Notes: generated by a model from the letters alone, not told the origin. A stretch of DNA of 64,000 nt from Raillietiella orientalis (GCA_036172245.1 JAYWIR010000013.1:3224001-3288000), one strand, 5' to 3'. Shown: positions 23,701 through 37,565, counted from the first letter of the stretch. Made by a program: numbers and translations.

Positions 23701-25470
23701 CTGCAAAGCTCACTCTGATGATGCTTAGACTCCTTCCTGTTCCGCTTCGATTATGCATGTAATATGAAAGAATTCGATGTAGGATATAATCAACATTTTC
23801 TCTAGAGTCTGTATTTTACAGAACCTCTTCTTCAACTGCATAAGATTTCCCTGGAAGACTGCTTCCCTTCGTTACGAATGCACCCATGATAGAGATCTCG
23901 ACTTCGTACCTTGCCAAGAATCTTAAAACATCCACACTTCACGTCCCAGCACTTTGGGTCACGAGAACATTTCATGTCAGCATACCTCTTCCACATGAGG
24001 AACCAGATGTGCGAAAGCAGAACTCCATTCAGAAAATAATAGAACGTCTCCTCGGAAGTGTTCAGCTCCTTCTCTTCGAGTGGCATCTAGTAACAGGATG
24101 AGTTCCTGCCATCAAAAAGCTCAGGAAATGGAAAACAAAGCGAAAGAGTTAAGCGACATGTGACAGAATCACTGCAAGGTAAGTCTTCGGAAAGAAAACC
24201 CAATGCAAGCAGTTCGTGGTATGGGATCCAAGCAACATGCGCAGGGTTGCTTCCGGTGCAAACTCCGTTTCGTTTGGGATGTAAACATCTGATTGTCTGA
24301 GAACGTACGGAACGCGTAGCGGGCACACACACATACGTCTTACCATGGAGCTGCGAGTTTTGCTGAGTGAAAGAATTCTCTCAAGATGTATGTTGTCCAA
24401 AAGGCAGCGCGTCCACGAATTTCATTTCCTTGTCGCAGAAGATGAGCAAATCAAAAAGGTGGTATCCTTGAAGTCTCTCCGGCGACACCTTTTAGTTTGC
24501 TTGTGATTTCACTCTTGTTTTAGGTATGCTAACTCAGGCCACCAAAAGATCGATTTTTGTTCTTGCTGAATTTTAGGGTCATCAGATGCTCAGCGTATCG
24601 AAACCTCACATGTGGACGCGGTTTTTCGTGCTCCTTGAATGTTTCGGTTTTCGAGTGGGAGCTTCCCACTCTGCTGCTCATTGGCATTCAGCGGATGGAG
24701 ACGCTGGAGAGGAATGCTGCTGCCTCCACCAGCAAAACAAGAGAAGCAGCAGAGGTTCCTCGGGAAACACGTAGCAACGAAATCTCCGTTGCCTGCGTTC
24801 CGGGAAGTGCTCACGCAGTCCGAACGCAGGACGTTTGGACGCCGCAAAGAGGTGATTCGATTGCAGCTTCGCTTCAGGAAAAGATGATGCTCGCAAGATG
24901 AGGTCAACTGAGCGGTGATCGCCGCCGGATGCAAGTGCAGTACCTTTGGGCGGCTTCCGGGCACGTAACTGCGTTTTCCATCCGTGCATCCGGCTGGATT
25001 TTTTCGAACCTTTTCCGTAATTGCGGTTTGCTCCTTCGGTGCGTTGCGTTGTATCCGAAGACCACAGGGAAACTCTCATGCGGGATGCCTTCATGCAATA
25101 ATAGCAATGGGACTTTGGATTCCATGATGTAATGGGTGGACCGTTGCTGCAATTCGTATGTTGAAATTTTTCACACATCGATATTCATTATCAGTGCATT
25201 GCTTGCGTCTTCACAAAGAACCGACAGACCCGGAAGAAAGTTTCGGCAATCGCAAATGATGGACGGGCATTCGCGGATCTCCCGTGCCGCAGTAAGTGTA
25301 ACCAAATCAAGGAGAAATTGGAATTTCCAGGATGCGAACAAAAGGAATTTTTCCTGGATTTTGCAATTGCCATGGTTCTTTTCAGCGAAATCGTTACACA
25401 AGTCATCTGCTTCCGTCACCTCATCTGCTCTGGCGCAAGTGTTTCCTCGCTCATTGCAACACACAGACGG
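20748..25470 (-). other. Probable multi-exon gene(s) of unknown product
   Basis: Candidate last exons 21087-20928 and 20891-20748 with GTAAGT/TAG sites; further exon-like minus ORFs at 23221-23457, 23832-24086, 24149-24400 and 25171-25464. No recognisable domain; extent uncertain. Confidence 0.3.
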
Positions 25471-26209
25471 GAGTTAATCATCGGCTCTTCGGAGCCATTG
25501 AGCAATCTCTTTTCGTGGAAAGGAATTGCACCGCTCGAGAAAAATGATGCAGTGATCCTCACTCCTATCCGATGCGTGGCTCGATTCATTCGAGTTCATT
25601 ACTTACGGAGGTATATTTTATACATAGCCGCACCTTCTTGTCGATTATTGATTATTTGAATTCACTCATATCATAGGTGAGGAAGCTGAGAAGTCCATAC
25701 GAATGTCACAAAATGAACAGAAACTTTGCTTCGCCCCGCATATACCACGGGTTCTCAGAATTGAGCTCATCTTGGTGCAACAAGGAACCACAAACCGTTC
25801 CTCTCGCCGAAGAGAGCAACATATCGCGGCCAGCAAGCAACTGGCATTCGGTCTAGAAGTGCGGTTGAGACCGCCGAGGTCCTCAGACAAAAGCAAGAAC
25901 TCAAGTGAGCCCCGTGACCGCTCTCGTCAGAGATTCCATCACCCGACCTTGTCTCCCCCCCCCCCCCCTTGTGGCGCGTGCACATAGAGTGTCGCAAAGT
26001 AACGCATGCGCGTCACTGGAAAGAGGGAAAAAAGAGGAGGATTCTCGAACACATTTTCCCTGGTTTTCCCCCTACGAGTTGCTGGTAATCAGCATGCACA
26101 GCAGCACGTCGTCTTCCACTGCCGGCTATCCGCAGATCGCCACAAGCAAGTTGAGGTCACACCTCACTCCATGCGACCGACATGCAATTCCTAACGACTG
26201 CTTCAGGCG

Positions 26210-26446
26210 TAGCAGGGAAATGATGAATATGGGAGCTAGTTTTTGTCATGATAGTAATATTTTGGTTGTTGTTCATCAGGAATTATTAATGATGGGTAAT
26301 AATCAATAGTGGAATGGTAATATGCCTAGTTTTACTAGTATGATTATTGCCATGGTATTGGATATGATAGAGGGGAAGGAGTTGAAAATAATGGAAATTA
26401 TTAGGAATATTGAGGATGAAACTGCTTGGATTAGGAAGTATTGCAG
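26210..26446 (-). pseudogene. nad2: NUMT: fragment of mitochondrial NADH dehydrogenase subunit 2
   Basis: With TGA=Trp and ATA=Met reads LQYFLIQAVSS..VKLGMLPFHYWL..LLSWQKLAP without frameshift; abrupt AT-rich island. Confidence 0.9.
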
Positions 26447-28014
26447 CGCCTCCTGAACAAGTCTCTCCTTCGATCCCATGCAGCATCAGAGAGTTGAAAA
26501 TCTTCCAACAAAAGGACGTGTCGATTCTTCTAGCTGACAGTATGCAAGGAGTTGTCCTTTCTCCAGTCAGTCCACCGCCAACGAAGAGATTTCGGCGTAT
26601 CGGCGGCAGGTCGCATGATCGTCCACCTTTGAGGTCCAGCTGAACGTTTTCCGCATGCAACATCCTGTGGAAGTTGAATCCGGGAAGCAGGCACGATCTG
26701 CATCCTCGGACCCACGGCTCGCAACGTCAAGCGCACCTTCCGAAGACAGACAGACACCTCTCGTACAAAGTACGCAACTTCCGTACACGGAGTGCGACTG
26801 CGCGCAGCTGCTTGCTTTGCGCGAATGTGGCCATACGAGAGGACGGTGCGCGGAGCTGCGCAGGCGCTTAGCGAGGGAGATGGACCCTTTGGAACATGCG
26901 CTGTCCCGATTGAAGCACGAAAAGCGCTAAAGAGCCCTCAATCACCCATTCGAGCTCTATCCCCCGGTCACAGTTGCACACAAGAACGTCTGGTTGCTGT
27001 TTTCAATCGATTTCAATAGCGGCCCGTGTTGTTCGCAGGAGAGCGGGTGAACAACCATCGTTGCATCGTAGAAGTGAACGTCTTGTGCTGAGGAATCGAC
27101 AGAAGACGTGTCCTGCATTTCGCACGTCAGGCACCTCCTACCTAAAATCGGAGGCACGTGATCTTAGGGTACGAACAGTCCGCGCGTATGCCGCAGCCAC
27201 CCTCTTGCCGCATCCGCTTCAACCGCTGTCGGTTCCGGCAGAAGTGTGCCACGCATAGCTGCCACGAGCAGCTTAGGGACAGCGGCTCGCGCTGCAGCAT
27301 TTTCGCCACCCAGAGATCGCAGTTGCAGCACTTTTTCCGGAGAAGAGCTCCGACATCTTGGAGACAGCGACCGCCTCTCAGCCTGCCCGACACATGCCCC
27401 TGGGCACCGGTCGCGGCAGCCTGTGCGGGTGACCATCGGAAACACTTCTGTCGCCACCTTCCTTCAATCTGTGGCATTCCTTTCCTTGTTCAGATTTGTG
27501 ACCTTGCGGTAGCGCGCCACACGATGGACTCGACCTGCTGGCACGGGAGTCAACAGTTCATCTCATTCATCCTTTGCTTTATGAGCCGCCGGCTGAGTTT
27601 CGTTCGAAATTCCGTATGCGGGAGTTGCGTGAGATCGGAAAAACGAAACCTACGCGCTTTCGGTAGAAGATATACACAAATCCATTTTATCATGAGACAT
27701 TTATTAATATTTATTAACAAACACAAATTCATAGAATCAATGTATACGTTGAGAATGCTAAAAAATGAAGATGTATATGTTGATTCTATAGATGAAGATA
27801 TCCTTATACACATAACAAATACACATGAAATCAAGATGGAAACCAGGAAATCTGAACACGTGCATCCATCATGGACTCACAATCCCGGAAGTAGAGTTCA
27901 TCATTTACCAGAAAAAGTTCCTATTCAGAGATATGACTAGACTATTGGGAAAAAGAAATGCAAGGGTCTTCTTCTATTTGTTAAATAACATTGCCTTTTC
28001 CCCTCATTTTTGAT

Positions 28015-28170
28015 ACCAGTTTCGTTCTCCATAAGACGGTATTCATGCAGTCCTTTCATAAACATTCATTTTACATATACACACATATATATGTTTATAA
28101 AGATCGATACAATTTGGTGCGTACAAGGTGCATATATCTTTATTGTTTCTAAACTTTCTCCATGTTGAAG
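28015..28170. repeat. Diverged AT-rich direct repeat, copy 1 (copy 2 at ~33435-33590)
   Basis: Shared blocks AGACGGTATT, ACACATATATAT, ATACAATTTG(G/A)TGC, TTGTTTCTAAACTTT in the same order. Confidence 0.8.
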
Positions 28171-29030
28171 ACGTACCGCCTCTCGTACCGATTGCTATAC
28201 TTAAAGAGGGAGCGGTCTTCAATGTCCTGCCTCATCTTCCAGCCACCGTGTTGCATGTTGCAGAGTAGGTGGATGGTGCAATTCAACTTGTCCCAATCGT
28301 CGACCCCGCAGGATCGTTTCGACGAGTTGCTGGTGACAGGGAAGCGCCTGAAACCAGGAGAGCATGCATGCGAGCGCTGCCCTCGTCTTCTTCTTCCGAG
28401 GATTCTTGATCCTGAGGGCAAGACGCACCAGCGGGTGGTCCGGCACAAGGTTCCGCGTTTCGCGAGATCCTTAGATGTGTTGTAGAGGACGTGGTCGATC
28501 GACTTGTGGCTGACTGTTAGCCACAGCATTCCGAACCCATCACACGGCTGCCGATATGCCGTTTTTTGGATATGCCTGCAGAGATGTAGCCCAAAGACCT
28601 GCCAGAAAGGTTGAATTTCTCGTCGTCTCTCGCGAAAACTCCAAGAACCCGGTATTCCTGGTGGGAGCTGTTTCCGTTCTTCCTCTCGGCCTGCAGCTGA
28701 TCAACATCTTGGCACCTCGGGCTCCACTTCTCAATGAAGAGCACGACCACGACTCAGAGGAGAGAGAACCCAACGAATGGAAGCTCTGCCGCACGCGCTG
28801 TTTGACGCGGAAGACTGTGCCAATCGCAGAAGCGCATCGCTGAGGGCACTCCGCTTGCCGACGCTGTCCCGCAAAACGCCATTGAACGGATGTTCAGTGC
28901 TCCAGGTTCACCGATTGCCTCCTCGATGGAGACCCTCTGTCTCGTGCAGACAGCAGTGACCGCCGAGATGGAAGAAGAGCGTGGCTGCATCGGGCATCAT
29001 GTCCCTGGGAGAATCTGTTGCGATGGTCAT
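28170..29030 (-). mobile_element. Decayed APE endonuclease of a different non-LTR family
   Basis: Across frameshifts: MTIAT, CCLHET, SGV, KFN, IDHVL, PDHPLVRLAL. Confidence 0.55.
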
Positions 29031-29529
29031 CGCTTTGATAAGAGCAGCAACGAATTGGTCCACTCCGGGATGTGAGGCTCAAGGGAACCACTGGAAGACT
29101 ATGGGCAGGCTCACTCGATGACCTCGCCCGACTCGGACTCTCAGGAATCAGGTTAGCTCTTGTGGGTATGGTACATCCCATATTCCATTGACCTTCCTGG
29201 CCCTCCTTCCTCTCCCTTCTCTCCTTCCTAATCATGTCCCCTTCTCTTCAAGCTCGAACGCGTCGCTCCTCCTATAAGTGCGCACATTTTCCTTCTTCAT
29301 GTTGAATAAATAACACTCCTGCATGTTGAGGGTCTGAACATCTAGAGGTGTGAGGATCATGCGGAGAAGTTGATTTTCTATCAGCCAACACAGGAAAGGA
29401 GGTTACTGTATCTCAATCGCAGCTGAAGGTGGGATGGGAGCCACCGATCTGCAGATCGGAACGCGACAGCTGAAGTAACTTGGCAATGGAAAAAAAATGA
29501 ATAAACAGCGACGCCAAGGATCGCGATCT

Positions 29530-30500
29530 TCATTCATCCGCTCCGTGTCTTCGGAAGCCCTTTGTGTGCAACCCTTGCATCTTCCTCCTCAGCTTCAAGG
29601 CGTGTCCCAAGGTCTCGAGCGCTGCTTCATCGCGTAGCTGGTAGCCTCCGCACTTCGGAAGCCATGCCGAATGGCAATCGGGGCGGCAGGAGAATGTCCG
29701 TCGCCGAGAAAGCAGTAGCTCTTCGGAGGGCGTCCACAGAGAAACAGCAAGGCCTTCCCAACTGCTCCAAAGAGCGCCTCCGTACACCTGGGACGCTGCC
29801 AAAGTCCGCGCGCGCCTGTCGCAGTTGAAAAAGCTGCAAAACCTTTCCAGCTGCCTGGGTACGCTGTAGCCAGTTGCACGGGAAGCCGTGGTGCAAATCG
29901 AGCGAGGTCACTCGGAGGAGAGCAATTAGTTGACGGACGACATGGGGAGAGCCAGAAAGTTCAATGTGAAATCTCAGAAGCTCAGCATAAAAGACAGTCC
30001 TTTCCGCGCGGAAGCCGAAGGCTGCTACATTCACCCCCACCATCCAGAATGTAAGGAAAACTCCTCTGCTTGGCAACAGTCACTTCTCTCCTTCGGAGAG
30101 GGCAGGAGCACTGGGGTAAAACGAACCTCCTCAGGTCGCATTGTAGTTCCACCATGTAGACCATTCCTACGCGCCCGATAGAACGCATCAACCTCAGGAT
30201 TGCCATGCATTTAGTAATGCAAGTCTAGGTGTTGGCTTCCTCCATGCATCTTTGTCCCCAGAGTATAGGAAGATACAAGGCTGCTCTCCCGAAAGTTGGC
30301 CTTCTTGACAGTGTTCATCCTCTCGCTCTTACGTGGCAATTCCGCCACGTCTACTACTTCGCTGTCATGACCATTCTTGATGAACGGAGCTCAAGTTCCA
30401 TCTTCTTTGGCCTTCGAATGCAGAGTCGTGCATCTCCTCGCGAGACAGCGATGACATCGCGCCTCTCCCGAGAGTTTGCCGGTGTTTTGTCCTGATAAAA
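29530..30500 (-). mobile_element. Highly decayed RT and C-terminal region, RTE-like
   Basis: Weak motifs (VYGGALW, LETLGHALK, LSGS) in the expected order; many stops and frameshifts. Confidence 0.35.
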
Positions 30501-30999
30501 AGGGAAGAAAAATGCAAAAATCAGGGGCCACAAAGTACAGCAAATGTACCATCTGGAAGTATCTGCCTATATGGAGCCGAACCAGAGGGACTACCACAGC
30601 GTGGAAGCAGCACATCTAAAAGTGCGAGGCGCACAAACCCCCCATGAGCTCGCCAAGATAATTCGTTGCACCGCTTAGAGGAAATTTTAATGATTTTCAT
30701 GGGAGACGGCAGGAGCTCGGAAGTCTCGTCAAGACTGTGTCTCAAGCACTCACTCGAGGATGGTTGGCCTGCCCCCTTGCCTGATCTCGCTACGCACAGG
30801 CACAGAGACCGATGAAAACTCGAATCACTTTGTCGCTACGGAAAAACACGAAGGAAATAGAGTAAAAGGGAGAGAAGAAATCCAAAGAAGGCGTGGCGTC
30901 ACCCCAGCCTTTTTCTTTTGACGAGAACGACGTCCATGCTTCCGGTGCCGCAGCTGAAATCGCGGCGCGACAAACGGAGGCTCTTTGGGAGCCTCCGCC

Positions 31000-32090
31000 T
31001 CCCGACCCAAGGGGCAACACTCGAGACGCTCTTCACCGTGTCGGTCGCGTCCAAACTGGCTGCCCTATTCCTGGTACCGTGGTCTAAAAGGGTCACGTGG
31101 GATGGGGCCTCCTCCTCTTACTCCACCGAACGGTTGGGGCGATGGCACTGCTTTGACCTCACGTGTGTTGCAGCTCAGCCCGGAAGGCAGAGAGCCCCAA
31201 GCGAAAAAAGCGCGAAAGACGGCAGTCGATAAGGGAGTTGCAAGCGAATCGCAAACGTGCGCCTGCGCAGCCTGGAGTTCCAGTGCTTGGAGATAGCCAC
31301 GCAGCCGTGCGCTTCCAAAGGGCCGCAAGGAATGCAAACGCTTCCAGTAAAAATATCCTGATAAGCTTGCCCAACCCGCGACAGAGCGCCAGCTAACAGG
31401 TTTGGATTTCTGACCCCTGAAAGTGACTTCCCAACGAATCCGCGAGGACGAGTGCGCAGCATTCGTGATTGGCTGCCCTTTCAGAAGGATCGCCGAGCGA
31501 TGAAGCAGCACCCAGAGAGAGCAGCAGCGTTCCCATCTCGCACCATCTCTTTCGGGAGGAGGTTCGATGCGGGAGGAGCGTACCGGCACCGCCTTGAGCC
31601 ACGCCGCTCGCCCCACCACCATTTCCTTCGGCAGAGAGGGCGAGGAGGTAGACGGTTCTCTGAGATCGCCGCCCGTGCGCATCAGTCGTCCCGAGGTGGG
31701 AAACAGGATGCTGCTGCACCGTGGGACAAGTGACCCGGTGTTTCACCAGGTGGCGCTTTCCGCATCCGTGCTGGCAAGTCCACACTTCGGGTCACCAGCA
31801 GGAGGAAACCGGAAGAGCTGGTTCGACCGACGCACCTCCATCGATGCGAACGAGAGCAGCAAGATCGCGGTTGATGGACGACTCCCAGCTTCCGCATTCC
31901 CAAGGAATCCCTATCGACGATCCGAGTTGATGGACTCGAGAGCTCGGACGAGTGCGCAATTCGCTATATGGGAAGAGGAGGACGGTATGTTGCGGTGGTT
32001 CCAGGACGGCACCCTGTCACCCCGTGTATGGCGAACGCTCCGAAGAGTTCTTATTTCCGCCTTTTTCCGTTCGAAGCTTTTCTAATGGCC
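31000..32090 (+). mobile_element. Possible decayed C-terminal part of a non-LTR element
   Basis: GC-rich, TSGH motif near 31785, resembles 40100-40800 in character; weak. Confidence 0.25.
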
Positions 32091-33434
32091 CTCCAGGTTT
32101 CGCGCGTTTTGCGCGCCGACGGGTGAAAGAACACGAAACAGGTACGGCGCTTCCCGTATTGCACGAGGAGATGACGATCTTGCAGGCCTTTCCCCTCTTG
32201 CAGAGGGGAAAGACCGAAGCATTCCGATCTGCCCGAAAGTGACAAGTTGGACGGATTTTAAGCGGTACAGGAACAAGGATCGAAGGTCCGCCAGCTTATC
32301 GAAAGGTGTGTGGAGAGAACTTGGTCCGTTCTGAACTCCGTTTGCTGTTGACAGCCGAGGAAAAGGGGGAGAATGCAGTAACTGGCTGAAAGAGGAAGGA
32401 TGACAGATGCGGATTCAACATCCCACATTGTTCTATGAACGAAACGAAAGCCTTGAACATTGAATGTATGGTACAATCACAATACGAATTCGAAACAGAA
32501 ATCGAAAGAGCAAAGGAAAGCTTTGAAAGAAGAGCATGACGGGCTACAGAATCAAGATCCTGGAAAATGCAGCATCTCCATGAATACGTATTAAGGCATC
32601 ATTCGCTTACAATTGACTGAAGCTACAGTTGTGGCGAAAGGAATTACAGAGCAACTGTGTTGTAAAAGGTTCCCATCCATGGGTAGGTTGAGCATAAGAT
32701 TCCACCACGGACTTGCAGTTCATTTTGGAAGAGCATTTACACACAGCGGAATGCGTCAGAAAACCAAAGGAGGCATCAGTCCTCTCCATGAAGAGTTATC
32801 CGATTAAAAGAAGAGCTTCCTGATCGAGAATATGCTCAACTTTGGAAACGACTAGCTGCTAAAATGTGAACCAAAGAGGAGATGAGAGCTCAGGAAGCTG
32901 CATGATTGCCCACTCGACAGCCTGAAGGGGGCGTGGAGTATTTCCTGCTGCACAAAGCTTCAAAACACTGAAGACAAGACACTGAGAAACCAAGAAAAGA
33001 ATGACTGAAAAGAATACAAAAAATGATCCCACTGAGAGGAAGAAACAAGACATCACTCAGAGATGGGAGAGTCGTACAAAACAAGGTGAACTGGAGATCA
33101 TTTGTTCCGCCGATTCTGTATCGGAATCAATGATCATCAAGAAGCCGAAGGAAATTCGAAAACAGATGATCATTCGATCACAGCATAAGGAGCTGCCTGA
33201 ATGATCTGAATGCAGAAGCGGAAGGCTCCACTTCACTGTCCATTAGAGAATGAGATTCTCAACTTTTTAGAATGAGATGAGTTTCTACAGACGGAGGCGG
33301 AAAATAGGAAATACTGCGTTTTTTGAATAGAGCGAAATGCGTCTGGCATCGAGGCTGAGGAGAAGACATTAAAGTCTCCTAGAAGCCAGTGCGTTGTGAT
33401 GGACCAACAAAATGTCCAAACAGAGGACACAGCG

Positions 33435-33590
33435 TAATCTGGTTCTTCATCAGACGGTATTAATACAGTCATTTCATCAACATTCATCATATACACGCAC
33501 ACATATATATGTGTTTCTCTGCATCAATACAATTTGATGCCCACAATGTGCATGTATCTTTTTTGTTTCTAAACTTTGCCCATGTATTCA
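33435..33590. repeat. Diverged AT-rich direct repeat, copy 2
   Basis: Alignable by eye to 28015-28170. Confidence 0.8.
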
Positions 33591-33849
33591 CGGTAGATTA
33601 ATGCGCATCACTCGTTAGATTACTAAAATCTAAGTTCAGAAATATCAATGCGAACACATGAATTCATAAGAATATTCATAGCAATCCGATAAGTATGAAA
33701 AATACGGACGTTAAAATGAATTTAAAACGAAGCATGTACTCATGTACTTAAAAAGCACAAGTACTACTTAATGAGAATCTTTACAATATGCATCCGCACG
33801 CTTCCTCTCCTATATACGAACATGTGCACTTTGATTTCGTCTGAGCTTC

Positions 33850-34850
33850 CGGAACTTTCCATTTCGGCGCTCGCGATTTTGAAACCATTCCTCATGGACC
33901 AACTGGATCGATTTCCCACGCCAGCCGGAGCAGAAATCCATCCTTTGAAACCATAGCTGGGACATTAAGCGGACCAAGGAGATCGAGGACAGCAGCCACC
34001 AGAGGGCTGCGAGCGCATCAGCAAAGTTCGAGTGACCTTTCGCGTGAGAAATCCCAAGTGCCTCGCGGTCCCCAGTCGGCTGGAATGTACGATCATTGGA
34101 ACACACATTCCAGCCGCCCCAACGAGAATGCTCAAGGGAAGAATTCCCTAAAGACCACATCTCGATCAAGGCAAGGAAACGCGCCACCACGGGTGCCAAC
34201 TTAGTTGCAGTCATTCCGCCGCATCACTTGGGGAACCACAGCGCGAGAGGCATTGCTCACGACGCTGCCGATCACGGTGCCGTCGCAGAAATTTCATTGC
34301 AACGTCCCAACCAGCACTGCTGAAAGGAAGAGGATCTGTCAGCATAGCAGCGCGTTCCCAGTGCACATTAAAACTTACTCCCTCTCGAAGAGATCTCCAC
34401 AACGCATCGTCTGGAAGTCCTGGAAGCGGTTTCTGTCCGAGCGACAGCCTTCAGTTTAACTACGCAGCAACCAGAGTTCCAGTGTCGAGATGTTGGCCAA
34501 GATATCACGCTTTCACAAGTGGTTCCCTTGGTCATTGCGATCCGAGCAGTGATGCAGTGCCACGCGACTGAACTCTGCCAACCGGGTGGCCGCACTTTTC
34601 AAAACAAAGGCAGCTGCTTGTCACCGCGTTCATGCGGCTCCATACCGTGATGTCTACTGGAGGGTCACCCACTTGGGCGAGCATCCGAAGAAGAAGAAAA
34701 CGACATCAAGGTACCCAGGATGACAGGATACGAGATGGATGTATCAGAATTGGACGATAGACAGGAGGAACGACGTCACGAATCCAACCACCGACTCCAG
34801 AAATCCGGGACAACACGAAGCAGCATCATGAGGTGTCAGCCCGAAGGTTC
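33850..34850 (+). mobile_element. Decayed RTE-like RT C-terminal region
   Basis: GAEIHPLK (GLxIxxxKT-like), HISIKARKR..AVIP..LG, in the order expected for RTE-clade ORFs. Confidence 0.35.
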
Positions 34851-36184
34851 GCGTCAGCTACAATGCACGATTCGATACGACCAAGATTGGCATGGAAAAG
34901 GCAGGTACATAGGAATGCTTGCTTCTTTCTTTCACTTTCTCCCAGAAGCTCCTTACACAGGAGAACAAGGACGCTTCCGGGTTCCGCTTCCATGCATCCT
35001 CGCTTCTGTCTTCCCACTTCACATCCAGCCTCCGAGCTGCCTGTCGAACGTGAGCGGAAAAGATATATGTGCATCCTATCCAGAGTCGGATTCCGCTCGG
35101 GCAGGAAGCAGAAATTCTCGGATAACTGGGATCACTTGTCGCTCACAACAGGAAGGCTCCCAAAAATTCAGCGAAGCTGACTTGAAACAGGATTCGAAAT
35201 CGAGATGGTCGCTAGAAGTTGTTGGTAGCGGTGTGCCAACGGCTGCGATCCAACTCGGGACGTCAGAGACCGGGTTGATGCATTCCCAATCCATGGATGC
35301 GAGCGCCAGGAAACCTGGAGGTTGCGCGACCCCAGAGGAACGGCATTGCTGCGCTCCCGACCACAGCTCGTTGCACAACCCCCCAAGCGACATAAGGCAG
35401 AAAGCAGCAACTCTTGGAAAGTTCACATTCAAATTTATTTGAGCAAAAAAGTCCAGGTTAGGCCTGAGCCTCAGGGCGGCACCCTGAATGCGGGATGCAC
35501 GGCCGGGATACGATCACCGCGATGCGGAGCCATCTTCGCAAGGTGGCAGACTGCGGGACGAAATCCGCTCTCTTTGCTTTCCTCGATCTTCCTTGCCACC
35601 TCTCCCTCAATGGCGTCGCTCCGGATGCAGCTCGTCGCAACGAGCGCGTGGCGACGGGTGGGTGTCTCGCGAGACCTCCGACGGAATGGACCTCGAAGGG
35701 CGCATTAGCGAAATTCGCCGGAGGCAAACCCACTGCAAGGGTGGTTCCAGCGCTGCAGGAGCATCCTCCGTTCCTACCGCATCTTTCCATCCTACAACCG
35801 CTCCACAGCAAGGCACGCCCCAACACCCCAAGCAGTTTACAGCCTGAGGGGAAAAACACACCGATTCTCTGGGGTGTTCGCAACCCACGGCCTCGAAAGC
35901 CGACCCCAGCCCCCCAACCCACGCGCACCACTCGCCTAACGTAGGAATCGCCGGACTCATCTCCACAACCTCAAGACAAATCCGCAGCTTCCACCAACAA
36001 GGTGACATTTTCGTGCTGTAGGTCCAACCATCTGTGAACGAAATGGGACGGTAAGAATGTACTCCGCAAAGATGGGGGAAAGAAGGAGGTTTGCCAAATA
36101 GGGGGAGAGGGGGAATGGGGAACAACCCAAAAATTGGCACTAAAAAGAAAGCATCGTGCAAATACAGAGCACAGTCGCCACCAT

Positions 36185-37565
36185 TTTTGCTTACTTTTTC
36201 TTTTTCGTTTTTTAGTTTCCTTTTCTGCATTTTCTTTGCCTCATTTTTTCCTTTCCTCTTCTTTATCGCTTTCCATTTTTTCCTCTTTTCTCAGCTTTTT
36301 TTTTGTTTGTTTCCTTTTTATCTCTCTCTTTCATTGTTTTGTTTTCCTTCTTTTTTTCCCCATTTTTATTTCCTCATTTCCTTGTTTTTCTCTTTTCCTT
36401 TTGTTTCTTTCCTCTTTTTCACTAATTTTACTTCTTTCCCTTTCTTTCTCATTTCTCCCTTTTTTCTTCTTCTTTTCTCTCCTTTTTGTTTTTTTTTCCT
36501 TTCCTTTCCTTTCTTTTTTTCTTCCTTTTAAGATTTTTTTCATATTCTTTTTCTTTCTTTATTTTCATCTTTTTAATCTCTTTTCTTTTCTATTCTTAAT
36601 TATTTCGATATGTTTTGTCCATTTCTATTCAATTCTTTCTCTCTTCTTTTTTTTTTTCTATCTTTTCACTGCCCAGTGTTCCCTTCTTCCCTTTTTTTTT
36701 CTACTGCTTTCTCCTCTTAGTGTTCTTCCTTTTGCTTTCTCCATTTTTCTGTCTCTTTTGGTTTTTTGTGTTCTCTATTCTGTTTTTTATGTTCTATTTT
36801 TTTTTATTTTTTTTTTCTCCTCACTACTTTTCCTTTTGTTTTTACTCCTTTCTCCTCTTAGTGTTCTCTTTGTTTTCTCCTTTTTTTTCCTCTTTTCTTT
36901 TTCTATTATTTCTCCTCTCTCTCCTAGTGTTCCCTATTTTTATAGTTTTCTTCTTTTTTTCCTCCACCTTTTCTTTTTTTTTTTTTTTACTGCTTTCTCT
37001 TCTTAGTGTTCTTCTTTTGGTTTTCACGTTTTGTTGGTCTCTTTTCTTTTTCTTCTCCTTTCTCCCCTAATGTTCCTCATTTTTGAGGCTCTCTTTTCAG
37101 TTTTCCTTCTTTTTTTCTTCCTTCCCTTGCTATTGTCCCTTTTTTTTGTGTCATCTCTTTTTGTATCTTTTCTTTATCTCCTTCCTCAATGTAGGGCTCT
37201 TCTTTTCTCCTCCATTTTGTGTTCCGTTTTGTTTTTTGTTTTCTCTCTCCTTTGTGCCTTGGTGCTGTTTTGTTTCTTCCTGTTTTTCTTCTTTTTCTTT
37301 CTTTTTGTTTTTCTCTGCTTTCTCCTCTTAGTGAATAGTTGGAGTTAGGGCGTTTCCCTTAGTGACCTTTTTTTCCTCTTCTTTTTCTCTCCTTTGTAAT
37401 CCGTTTCCACATCTCTGTTTTCTCTCCTTTGTTCTTTGGTTTTTATTTCTTTTTTTTCCCTCTATCCTTTCGCCTTCTTTTCCTTCCCTTCTTTCCTTTC
37501 CTCTGCACCCCTTCTTTGTTCTTCTTGGGAATGTTTTCTCTTTCCTTCTTTCTCTTTTCCTTCCC
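36185..37565. repeat. ~1.4-kb T/C-rich low-complexity tract with an embedded repeated ~25-bp motif
   Basis: Nearly pure pyrimidine on +; motif like TACTGCTTTCTCCTCTTAGTGTTCT near 36702, 36843, 36911, 36988, 37053 and 37314. Confidence 0.92.

Noticed and set aside
36700..37335. CRISPR-like repeat-spacer array
   Set aside because: Repeats are degenerate, spacing is irregular, spacers are low-complexity, no cas genes are present and the context is eukaryotic.
36091..37348. Long Phe/Leu-rich membrane-protein-like ORFs
   Set aside because: By-product of a T/C tract that lacks stop codons.
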